Shown here: piece after piece, positions 18,991-27,304 of the stretch
How positions within the stretch are numbered: the stretch's first letter is position 1
Layout: every line of letters begins with the position of its first letter
Assembly (NCBI GenBank): GCA_045105115.1
Contig: JBGCDE010000207.1
Span: 20,290 to 84,289 of the forward strand
DNA length: 64,000 bases
Direction of reading: 5' to 3'
Source: Pseudomonadales bacterium
Lineage (GTDB): Bacteria; Pseudomonadota; Gammaproteobacteria; Pseudomonadales; JAUIET01
Notes under the pieces: generated by a model
The model's input: the letters and a program-made list of their open reading frames with translations, nothing else
The model's database searches: none
Told to the model about the DNA's origin: nothing
Position numbers and translations under genes: made by a program

Positions 18991-20101
18991 GGTTATGGCC
19001 AAGCTCATGCAACCAGTGCAAAACCTCGTTATGTTCGCCTGCAAAAGTAATGCGCTCTTGCTGCTTGCTTAACTGATAGTCATACATTTTGTCATAGTAG
19101 TTACTGAGCAACTGCGAGAATATTTCATCAAAGCCACTCCAATCGTGATGATGACGAAGTTGCTGCATCGCTTCAGGTAATAAATTGCTCAGCAACTGAT
19201 GCCTCGCCCCACCAAGGCGTTTTTTTATTCGATCAAATGAAGACTGTATTGATGTCTGCAAGCTCTCCCAGGCGCTACTTGGCTTTTCATTGTGTACCAT
19301 GAAATGATCAAGTGCGAACTGAACATAGTCACGCCGCAAGCGCTGCAATCGATCGTCAAAGCTTGCAAGCAGTTGCACCATTGGCGCCTTACTCATTGCT
19401 TGTTGCAGTTGTGCGGGTAAGTTCAAACGACCAATTAATCTGGACTCGGCCTCGACCAGTATTGGCCCAGACCCAACTGCGTCTTTTTTTATCCAGTCAA
19501 TAATCACCGCGTTTTCAAAATCGATCTGACTTGGCTGCGGATCAAACATTGCACCAAACGCGCTGCCTCTGTGATTTGCATGTCCCTCCAAATCAATACT
19601 CTGACCAAAGGCCAGCAACAGATCGGTCTTGCCAACGGCTGTTGCACCGGCAACAACAGTTAATCGACTGCTAGCTGACAAGCGCTCTAGCTCGGAAAGC
19701 AGAAAACGACGAAGCGATTTGTAGCCACCTTCTACCAATGGGTACTCTACGCCAGCTTCACGCAACCATTGTTGAGTAGTCTGCGAACGAAGCCCCCCTC
19801 TGTAACAATACAGATACCCATCCGGATAGCGTTGAATGTGACTGAGCCAGGCATCCATACGCTGAGCACGAACATCGGGTGACGCCAGTTCCAAGCCGCG
19901 CTCAATGGCGGCTTCTTGGCCGCTCTGAGCATAGATGCAGCCTATATCGTGGCGTTGCGCGTCATCAAGAATTGGCTGATTACTTGTATTGGGAAATGCA
20001 CCCGCCGCGAATTCAACGGGTGCGCGAACGTCCATCAAGTGCTTGTCACTCAGAAAGAGGTGGCGAAAATCCGCGACGTTGATATTGGCAGTTCCTGCCA
20101 T
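18983..20101 (-). CDS. selU: tRNA 2-selenouridine synthase (SelU/MnmH/YbbB)
   Basis: Rhodanese-type N-terminus with MDVRAPVEFAAGAFP and the active-site loop CYRGGLRSQ, followed by LVEGGYKSLRRF and the P-loop GATAVGKTD. By eye it is collinear with E. coli YbbB. Confidence 0.85.
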   Translation of the reverse strand: MAGTANINVADFRHLFLSDKHLMDVRAPVEFAAGAFPNTSNQPILDDAQRHDIGCIYAQSGQEAAIERGLELASPDVRAQRMDAWLSHIQRYPDGYLYCYRGGLRSQTTQQWLREAGVEYPLVEGGYKSLRRFLLSELERLSASSRLTVVAGATAVGKTDLLLAFGQSIDLEGHANHRGSAFGAMFDPQPSQIDFENAVIIDWIKKDAVGSGPILVEAESRLIGRLNLPAQLQQAMSKAPMVQLLASFDDRLQRLRRDYVQFALDHFMVHNEKPSSAWESLQTSIQSSFDRIKKRLGGARHQLLSNLLPEAMQQLRHHHDWSGFDEIFSQLLSNYYDKMYDYQLSKQQERITFAGEHNEVLHWLHELGHNHE

Positions 20102-20102
20102 G

Positions 20103-20621
20103 CTATTCAGGCACCGCCATTGGCATCAGGGGCAATTCATGTTCTGGCATCCCGCCAAAGGCGACGGCGCAACGAGAGAAGGTATTAAACAACAGTAGGG
20201 CAAGCGACATGTGCGCCAGCTCAGCCGTGGTGAATTCCTTACGCAACTTGTTCTCGGTCGCGTCACTGATGCGTTCAGGCGACTTCAGATAGTATTCACA
20301 AAAAGTGAGTATTAGTTTTTCTCGCTCGCTCAGATCACTGGTCGCGAAGTGCTCATCGATCTTTTCAATTTTTTGTTCGGTCAATCCCGCTTGCGTTGCA
20401 ATATCGTAGCGTACAGCTTTGCAGAAAACACAGCCAACCTCCCTGGCATTGCGCAACCGAATCATCTCAAGCTCTGCCGGGCTCAGAGGTCCCTCTTTCC
20501 AAACGGCGGCATTAAGCTTCAAATACGGCTCTACCACCTCTGGCACCAAACCCAGTGCCGAATCCCTGACAACGTTACCGGTTTTCTCTGTAGGGGAGCT
20601 CGTTATCCGAGATGCCGTCAT
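20103..20621 (-). CDS. Carboxymuconolactone decarboxylase / AhpD-fold protein with a CxxC motif
   Basis: 172 aa with the typical CMD pattern ELEMIRLRNAREVGCVFCKAV. The CxxC is present, but the His that usually follows it is not. There is a 1-bp gap to the selU start and a 4-bp overlap with the upstream CMD gene. Confidence 0.65.
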   Translation of the reverse strand: MTASRITSSPTEKTGNVVRDSALGLVPEVVEPYLKLNAAVWKEGPLSPAELEMIRLRNAREVGCVFCKAVRYDIATQAGLTEQKIEKIDEHFATSDLSEREKLILTFCEYYLKSPERISDATENKLRKEFTTAELAHMSLALLLFNTFSRCAVAFGGMPEHELPLMPMAVPE

Positions 20622-21106
20622 TGTGTTTGCTCCGCTTGATCAATGTCAGCAAAACCCCAGAGTTTGCAAAGACGGACCTCAGCATAAAATACACCCAGAG
20701 CCTGAACCAATGCGACCAGCCCCGGCTCTCCAAAATACTCCTTCACAGCGTCCGCTTGTGCATCAGTGATTGCATGCACGTCTATGGCATACACCTCTGC
20801 AAAAGCCAAACAGGCTTTTTCGCTGGAAGAAAACTGCGAATTGTTTGACCACAGCGACACTGCTTTTGCCAATTCCTGGCCAACAGCTGCATCCCCACTG
20901 TTCGTTGGTAGACTGTGCAATTGCGCCATTCGAATTCTGCAAAGTCGTAACACATCAGCCGGAAGTTGTGACAGCGCGCCAAAGCTCTGTCGAAAATCAG
21001 CGTACAGCGGGCTCAGCTCAGAATGCTGTGCCAGCCAATCGCTTAGACTACCAACGGGACGATCTTCATTCACGGTCGCATACTCGCAGATATAACCATG
21101 CAGCAT
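20618..21106 (-). CDS. Carboxymuconolactone decarboxylase / AhpD-fold protein lacking the CxxC motif
   Basis: 162 aa with a CMD-like helical pattern (LRLCRIRMAQLHS ... EKACLAFAEVYAID ... LVALVQALGVFYAEVRL). It is the first gene of the tightly coupled CMD-CMD-selU-selD string. An AGGAA sequence sits 9 nt upstream of the ATG. Confidence 0.55.
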   Translation of the reverse strand: MLHGYICEYATVNEDRPVGSLSDWLAQHSELSPLYADFRQSFGALSQLPADVLRLCRIRMAQLHSLPTNSGDAAVGQELAKAVSLWSNNSQFSSSEKACLAFAEVYAIDVHAITDAQADAVKEYFGEPGLVALVQALGVFYAEVRLCKLWGFADIDQAEQTQ

Positions 21107-21113
21107 TATAAGG

Positions 21114-21138
21114 ATTCCTAAACATCATTTGTAGGAAT
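21114..21138. promoter_or_regulatory. 7-bp inverted repeat ATTCCTA-N11-TAGGAAT between divergent start codons
   Basis: Read directly: attccta at 21114-21120 and taggaat at 21132-21138. Each arm contains the AGGAA(T) Shine-Dalgarno-like sequence of one of the two divergent genes, whose starts are at 21106 (minus) and 21137-21143 (plus). Confidence 0.3.
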
Positions 21139-22516
21139 GATGATGTCATGCCAATATCTTTACATGGCTGAACTCGACCCACTATTACTGTCCAGACTGC
21201 AGTTCGCGCTGAATATCAGCTTTCATATCTTGTTTCCAAGCCTATCGATCGGTCTTGGCTGGCTACTCTTTTACTTCCGTGTTCGCAACACCATCAGCGG
21301 CGATCAGGCGTGGGCATACGCTTACCATTTCTGGGTGAAGGTATTTGCGCTGACGTTTGCGCTGGGCGTGGTCTCAGGCATTGTGATGAGCTTTCAGTTC
21401 GGCACTAACTGGCCAGGGTTTATGGAGCGAGCAGGCAATATTGCGGGCCCGCTATTGGGTTATGAAGTGCTGACGGCTTTTTTTCTGGAAGCCAGCTTCC
21501 TGGGCATCATGCTGTTTGGTAAAAACCGGGTGTCTAATCGTGTGCACCTGATCGCCAGTTTTTTTGTGGCATTTGGAACCACACTGTCAGCTTTCTGGAT
21601 ATTGGCGCTCAATTCATGGATGCAAACGCCGACAGGGTATCGAATCGAGAATGGCGAATTCTTTCCCGAAAGTTGGTTCGAGATAATTTTTAACCCAACG
21701 TTTCCATATATGTTTACGCACATGATGAATGCGTCGTTTCTAACGGCTGCTTTTTTTGTCTGTGGTATTAGCGCCCTGCGTATCCGCAATGGTTTGGATG
21801 GACCAGCCACGAGAAAGATATTGCGCTCCGTGGTATGCATTGCCGCCGTACTGGCACCGCTGCAAATTCTGATTGGTGATTTTTATGGCTTGCACGTCAG
21901 CAAGAGCCAACCTGCAAAAGTGGCCGCGCTAGAGGCTGTTTGGGAGACCACGCGTGGTGCCAATCTGACTTTATTCGGATGGCCTGATGAAGATCTAAAA
22001 GAAACCCGCTATAGCGTGGAAATACCCAAGCTCGGCAGTTTAATACTAACCCATGATTTGAATGGGGAAGTGAGAGGCTTGAACGAATTTGAGAACGCGC
22101 ACCCACCCGTAGCACCTGTATTTTTCGCATTTAGAGTAATGGTTGGAATTGGCGCATTGATGATTCTCACCGCCTGGCTGGGTGTTTGGCAAACCCGCAG
22201 CCGCGCCGAACCCAATGGCTTAGGCTTGCGACTCATGTCGTGGATGACGTTCTCCGGCTGGGTTGCCACCCTGGCGGGTTGGTACGTCACCGAGGTAGGT
22301 CGCCAGCCATTTATCATTTATGGCCAGTTGCGCGTAGCCGATATTGTTGCGGACCATGGGCAAGGCCCACTGCTGGGCTCCTTGCTGGCTTACGCAGTTG
22401 TGTACTGCGTACTGCTGATTGCTTACATCAGTACCATTCGCTATATGGCCAGCAAACCAGCCGCATCACTGGCTATGCAAGCGCAATGGACCCGACCCGG
22501 AGAATCTCATGGCTGA
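21137..22516 (+). CDS. cydA: Cytochrome bd-type quinol oxidase subunit I (short Q-loop, CioA-like)
   Basis: The sequence ELDPLLLSRLQFALNISFHILFPSLSIGLG is a typical CydA N-terminus. The 459-aa length implies a short Q-loop. There are three tandem ATGs at 21137, 21140 and 21143, and the AGGA at 21133-21136 favours 21143. Confidence 0.85.
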   Translation: MMMSCQYLYMAELDPLLLSRLQFALNISFHILFPSLSIGLGWLLFYFRVRNTISGDQAWAYAYHFWVKVFALTFALGVVSGIVMSFQFGTNWPGFMERAGNIAGPLLGYEVLTAFFLEASFLGIMLFGKNRVSNRVHLIASFFVAFGTTLSAFWILALNSWMQTPTGYRIENGEFFPESWFEIIFNPTFPYMFTHMMNASFLTAAFFVCGISALRIRNGLDGPATRKILRSVVCIAAVLAPLQILIGDFYGLHVSKSQPAKVAALEAVWETTRGANLTLFGWPDEDLKETRYSVEIPKLGSLILTHDLNGEVRGLNEFENAHPPVAPVFFAFRVMVGIGALMILTAWLGVWQTRSRAEPNGLGLRLMSWMTFSGWVATLAGWYVTEVGRQPFIIYGQLRVADIVADHGQGPLLGSLLAYAVVYCVLLIAYISTIRYMASKPAASLAMQAQWTRPGESHG

Positions 22517-23510
22517 GTTTTTACCCGTGTTTTACTTTTTTGTTATGGGTTTGGCGTTGTTGGTATACGTTGTACTGGACGGTTACGACTTGGGAATAGG
22601 TTTGCTATTTCCATGGGCGTCTGACGCTGAGAAAGATCTGATGATCGCGAGCATCGGGCCGTTCTGGGATGCAAATGAGACCTGGATAGTACTTGGTGTG
22701 GGTGTCTTGCTGATCGCATTTCCTCACGCACATGGCGAAATTCTATCGAGTCTTTATATACCGGTAACCCTAATGTTACTTGGTTTAGTGTTGCGCGGCG
22801 TTGCGTTTGAATTTCGCGTCAAGGCCGGCGAACGTTATAAATCGCGATGGAATAAGTGTTTTTTTACAGGTTCGTTGATCGCAAGTCTGTCACAGGGTTG
22901 GATGCTAGGGGCTTATATTACCGCACTCGAACCCAATACCATCAGTAGGTTATTTTCCTTTTGCATAGCTCTGGCGTTACCCGCCCTATACGTTTTATTG
23001 GGTTGCGCATGGCTGTTGATAAAAACCGAAGGTGATCTTTATCGAAAAGCCATCAACTGGGCACAGATAATGCTCGCACCCATGACAATGGGGTTGATAC
23101 TCGTCTCTGTCGCAACACCATTGGTGTCAGAATCCATCGCAGAGAAATGGTTTACGGTACAGAGCTTTATTGGTCTTCTGCCTATTCCACTGAGCTGCGG
23201 TATTGCCTTAGTAACCATTGCCGCTATGCTCCGACATCCAGACTGGTTATTTGGTGGTCGTGAATGGTTTGTTTTCGCGGCCTTGCTCGTCATCTGCTTA
23301 ATGGCAGGCATAGGTCTTGCGTACAGTCTTTACCCCTACATTATTATTGATCGTTTAACGCTATGGGAAGCGGCTGCCGCTACAGAGTCGCTGCAGTTCA
23401 TAGCGTACGGTGTGGTATTGAGTGTGCCAGCGATCGCGGCTTACACAGCATTTACTTATTGGGTATTCAGAGGAAAGAGCTCAACGTTGAGCTATGGAGA
23501 AGTAGACTAA
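22509..23510 (+). CDS. cydB: Cytochrome bd-type quinol oxidase subunit II
   Basis: MAEFLPVFYFFVMGLALLVYVVLDGYDLGIG is a typical CydB N-terminus. The ATG at 22509 overlaps the cydA stop (ATGGCTGA). The track ORF starts earlier, at 22419, inside cydA. Confidence 0.85.
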   Translation: MAEFLPVFYFFVMGLALLVYVVLDGYDLGIGLLFPWASDAEKDLMIASIGPFWDANETWIVLGVGVLLIAFPHAHGEILSSLYIPVTLMLLGLVLRGVAFEFRVKAGERYKSRWNKCFFTGSLIASLSQGWMLGAYITALEPNTISRLFSFCIALALPALYVLLGCAWLLIKTEGDLYRKAINWAQIMLAPMTMGLILVSVATPLVSESIAEKWFTVQSFIGLLPIPLSCGIALVTIAAMLRHPDWLFGGREWFVFAALLVICLMAGIGLAYSLYPYIIIDRLTLWEAAAATESLQFIAYGVVLSVPAIAAYTAFTYWVFRGKSSTLSYGEVD

Positions 23511-23512
23511 AT

Positions 23513-26500
23513 TCAATCACTATCTTCACCTAAGGCAAGCAATGAGGCATTGCCACCCGATGCCGTAGTGTCTGTTGATACATGCTTTTCCAACACAAGA
23601 CGTCTAAGCAAGGGCTCACCTAAGGGTTCATTAATCAACGCAAGCAAAGCGCCATCGCGACGTCTTAACTGCCTTTCCAGATCTGACAATTGCTCGCCTG
23701 TTACATTGCTCAGCAAGCCGTTCATTGCTGGCAATGCAACAAAGCCAGCAAGATCTGCTGCGTTATTAAGTTCACACACGACGTAACATTTGTCACTGAT
23801 TGACTGCAGAGCCAAATCTGCAGGTCGTGGTTGGGCGCCAGCAGAAACACTGGCTAGAACAACATTTCCCAATACCAACGCCATACAAACCGACGGCAAC
23901 AGCTCATCGCCCGTGCCTGCGCTCAAAGCGCACAGCAACCCTCTGGGTATATGAGACAGCAGGTTTTGCTCACCCGTAGGCCCCTTCATTTCAAGCGGCT
24001 CGTCCAATTCAAGCAAGGCGTACTGAACCAAAGCACTCAAGCGAGACCACTCGGCGTCACTGACGTCACAGTCTCGCAACGCCTGCTGCACGATGTCCCA
24101 TCGTGCGGCCATTGGTTTAGCAGCCCACAAGCTTTGCCGCTTAAGCAGGTCGTTTTTCTGAATCTGTAGCTCTTTGCTGACGTGTGTTGTCCCTGCAGTA
24201 TGGCTGAAAACCTGTGGCAAGCTAGAGTTCAACAGTACGGCAGAATCCGTACTCTTATGTCTGAGCAAGCGATACAAATAGGAAGGTCCTCCGGCCTTGG
24301 GACCGGTACCGGATAAACCGTGTCCACCGAACGGTTGCACACCAACCACAGCACCTATGGTATTGCGATTTACATACACGTTACCGGCGTCAACCCGGCG
24401 TGCGGCTTTATCGCAATTTGCATCAATGCGCGAATGAACACCGAAAGTTAAGCCAAAACCTGTGCTATTCACCGCTTCAAGCACTTTGTCGAACTCATTG
24501 CTGCGGTATCGCACAACATGCACGACCGGCCCAAACACCTCTCCACGCAACAAATCGATAGAGTCTATTTCATAAAGGCGCGGAGCAAAAAAACTACCTT
24601 GCGAGCACTGCTCACCCAGCTCACACTCATACACAAGCCGCGCCTTGCCACCAGCGCACAAGCCATCCATGTAATCAACGTGGCTGTGCAATGCGTGCAG
24701 TGCTCGCTGGTCAATCACAGGACCTACATCAGTGGTTAAGTCACTCGGGTCGCCAATACCCAGTTGCTGCATCGCGCCGGCAATCATATCGATGGTTTTA
24801 CCGGCCGCATCGTCTTGAACATACAAAACCCTGAGCGCGGAGCAACGCTGCCCAGCACTTTGAAAACCGGAACTGATCACATCGTCAACAAGCTGTTCAG
24901 TGAGTGCTGTTGAGTCCGCAATCATACAATTTTGGCCACCGGTCTCTGCAACCAAGGCCACACGTGGGCCCGGTCGATCAGCGAGCCGTCGTGCAATCAA
25001 CTGGGCCGTTGCGGTAGAGCCTGTGAACATAACAGCATTTATACGTGCATCAGGAACAAGATGATCACCGGCCACAACACCTCGTGCACAGACCACTTGC
25101 AATACGTGTTCGGGAAGACCGCATTCGCTTAGTAACCTAGCTGCGCTCAGTGCAACAAGACTTGTCTGTTCAGCGGGCTTGGCAATAACACAATTGCCGG
25201 TGGCCAGGGCAGCGGTGACCTGACCAAGAAATATGGCGAGCGGAAAATTCCACGGACTGATACACAACACAGTACCCAAGGCTTCAAGTTGTGGATGCCG
25301 TGTTTCCAGCCCTTTTGCTTGCGCCGCGTAATAACGACAGAAATCAATGGCCTCGCGTACTTCACCAACACCGTCGTTTATCGTTTTACCGGCTTCTTTG
25401 ACGCATAGGGCAATGAACTTATGTTCTTGCGCCTGCAAAGCATCAGCAAAGCGGCACAAAATCTTCGCTCTGTCTTCTGCACTTGTTGCCGACCAGTCAG
25501 AGCGTGCGCTTTCACTTCGCACCAACGCGTGTTCGCAGTCTTCTTGTTCGGCCAGTGCAATATAGCCGAGACATTCGCTTGTCTTCGCAGGGTTATGAAC
25601 GGCGTGTTCCCGACTGACTGACAGGTGTTTCCCAGCGCCTTCAACCGCCGCCGCAGTCCAGCTTTCTATCGCATCATGTAACTCCAGATGCTGAGATTCA
25701 TCGCTAAGATCAATACCCGCTGAATTCCGGCGTTCTGCGCCATAAATATCGGCGGGCAACACGATGCCCGGATTATGTGCTTGCGACCACGCAGTTGCTT
25801 TGGCCACTGGGTCCGCCACCAGCGTTTCCAGCGGCACTGAGTCGTCAACAATCTTGTTGACAAAAGAAGTGTTCGCACCGTTTTCCAATAAGCGCCTTAC
25901 TAAATACGCTAATAGATCCTCGTGCTCGCCAACCGGCGCATAAATACGACAGGGAATTTTGATGTCTGCCATCAAGCTGTCGTACAGCTCGTCGCCCATG
26001 CCGTGCAATCGCTGAAATTCATAAGCTTCGTGGTCGCCCGCAATTTCCAATATCGCCGATACGCTGTTTGCGTTGTGTGTTGCAAATTGTGGATAGACCA
26101 CATCGCGGTTTTCAAGCAATACCCGTGCGCAAGCACGATACGAAATGTCCGTCGTTGCCTTGCGCGTGAAGACTGGATAACCACTCAGACCTTCCAGTTG
26201 CGCATGCTTTATTTCAGCGTCCCAATAGGCACCTTTCACCAGGCGCACCATCAACTGTCGCTTTTCCTGTCTTGCTAACGCAACCAACCATTGAACAAGG
26301 TCCAAAGCCCGCTTCTGATAGGCTTGCACGACTACGCCGAAACCGCCCCAATCACCCAGCTCCGGGTCGGTATACATTCTCTCAATCAAATCCAGAGACA
26401 ACTCCAGACGATCGGCTTCTTCGGCGTCGATGGACACACCAATATCGTAGCTTTTCGCAAGCAATACCAATTGTTTTAGTCTTGGAAAAAGCTCGGCATA

Positions 26501-27295
26501 CACACGCTCACGATTTGCGTAATCGTATCGTGGGTGTAGCGCTGACAGCTTAATGGAAATTCCAGGGCCATCTAAATGATCGCGATTTTCTGACAGTCGA
26601 CCAATTTCATTAATCGCATCTTCATACGACTGCAAATACTCATCCGCCGCTGCCTGCGTGCGACTGGCCTCACCCAGCATGTCGTAACTGTAGCGATAAC
26701 CACGTTGCTCTTGCGGAGCCGCATTTGCGCACGCTTCAGCGATGGTTTGGCCAAGCACAAACTGCGTGCCCATAATTCGCATTGCCTGGCGCATTGCAAC
26801 GCGAATGACCGGCTCGCCCAAGCGACCAACCACTTTACCCAAACCCAAAAGACTGCGATTGCTTTCGCTTCGATTAAAGCCAACAACTTTGCCGGTTAAG
26901 AGTAAGCCCCATGCAGAAGCATGGACGAAGAACGAATCCTGAGACTCCAGATTAGCCGCCCAGTCGCCTTTTAGAATTTTGTCCTGGATAAGTTTGTCGG
27001 CGGTGTCGTTATCTGGCACTCTCAAAAGAGCCTCGGCCAAACACATGAGAACAATGCCTTCTTCGGAACTAAGATCGTATTCGTTTAGTAGAGCCTGAAC
27101 ACCTGACTCACCCGAGGCAATCTCGCGCACTTGCCTGGACAAGCTGAGTGCGCGGCTTTGAATACGTTCTATGGCCTCGGCATCGCTTTGGGCAAGCGGC
27201 ATAAGCCGCTTCAGCACCTCTTCTTCAGAGCTGCGGTGGTACCGCTTTATCGCGCCTCTGAGTTCACCAAGCTCCTGCATACTTTCACCCGACAA
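23513..27295 (-). CDS. putA: Bifunctional proline dehydrogenase / L-glutamate-gamma-semialdehyde dehydrogenase PutA (no ribbon-helix-helix extension, judged by length)
   Basis: 1260 aa. LSSEEGIVLMCLAEALLRVPD marks the PRODH arm. The aldehyde dehydrogenase core carries MFTGSTATAQLI, ETGGQNCMIAD and the catalytic Cys in GQRCSALR. Confidence 0.9.
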   Translation of the reverse strand: MSGESMQELGELRGAIKRYHRSSEEEVLKRLMPLAQSDAEAIERIQSRALSLSRQVREIASGESGVQALLNEYDLSSEEGIVLMCLAEALLRVPDNDTADKLIQDKILKGDWAANLESQDSFFVHASAWGLLLTGKVVGFNRSESNRSLLGLGKVVGRLGEPVIRVAMRQAMRIMGTQFVLGQTIAEACANAAPQEQRGYRYSYDMLGEASRTQAAADEYLQSYEDAINEIGRLSENRDHLDGPGISIKLSALHPRYDYANRERVYAELFPRLKQLVLLAKSYDIGVSIDAEEADRLELSLDLIERMYTDPELGDWGGFGVVVQAYQKRALDLVQWLVALARQEKRQLMVRLVKGAYWDAEIKHAQLEGLSGYPVFTRKATTDISYRACARVLLENRDVVYPQFATHNANSVSAILEIAGDHEAYEFQRLHGMGDELYDSLMADIKIPCRIYAPVGEHEDLLAYLVRRLLENGANTSFVNKIVDDSVPLETLVADPVAKATAWSQAHNPGIVLPADIYGAERRNSAGIDLSDESQHLELHDAIESWTAAAVEGAGKHLSVSREHAVHNPAKTSECLGYIALAEQEDCEHALVRSESARSDWSATSAEDRAKILCRFADALQAQEHKFIALCVKEAGKTINDGVGEVREAIDFCRYYAAQAKGLETRHPQLEALGTVLCISPWNFPLAIFLGQVTAALATGNCVIAKPAEQTSLVALSAARLLSECGLPEHVLQVVCARGVVAGDHLVPDARINAVMFTGSTATAQLIARRLADRPGPRVALVAETGGQNCMIADSTALTEQLVDDVISSGFQSAGQRCSALRVLYVQDDAAGKTIDMIAGAMQQLGIGDPSDLTTDVGPVIDQRALHALHSHVDYMDGLCAGGKARLVYECELGEQCSQGSFFAPRLYEIDSIDLLRGEVFGPVVHVVRYRSNEFDKVLEAVNSTGFGLTFGVHSRIDANCDKAARRVDAGNVYVNRNTIGAVVGVQPFGGHGLSGTGPKAGGPSYLYRLLRHKSTDSAVLLNSSLPQVFSHTAGTTHVSKELQIQKNDLLKRQSLWAAKPMAARWDIVQQALRDCDVSDAEWSRLSALVQYALLELDEPLEMKGPTGEQNLLSHIPRGLLCALSAGTGDELLPSVCMALVLGNVVLASVSAGAQPRPADLALQSISDKCYVVCELNNAADLAGFVALPAMNGLLSNVTGEQLSDLERQLRRRDGALLALINEPLGEPLLRRLVLEKHVSTDTTASGGNASLLALGEDSD

Positions 27296-27304
27296 TCACT
27301 GTAA

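Noticed and set aside
18991-19044. N-terminal extensions in the longest-ORF calls: selD to 19044, cydB to 22419, the TSP3/OmpA gene to 35369, the unknown protein to 37645, the LysM protein to 42276, the DUF3034-like gene to 59367 and csp to 62995.
   Set aside because: In each case a downstream start has a better SD sequence or spacing. It restores a canonical N-terminus or signal peptide, or it removes an implausible overlap with the neighbouring gene. Several of the extended starts are TTG or GTG.
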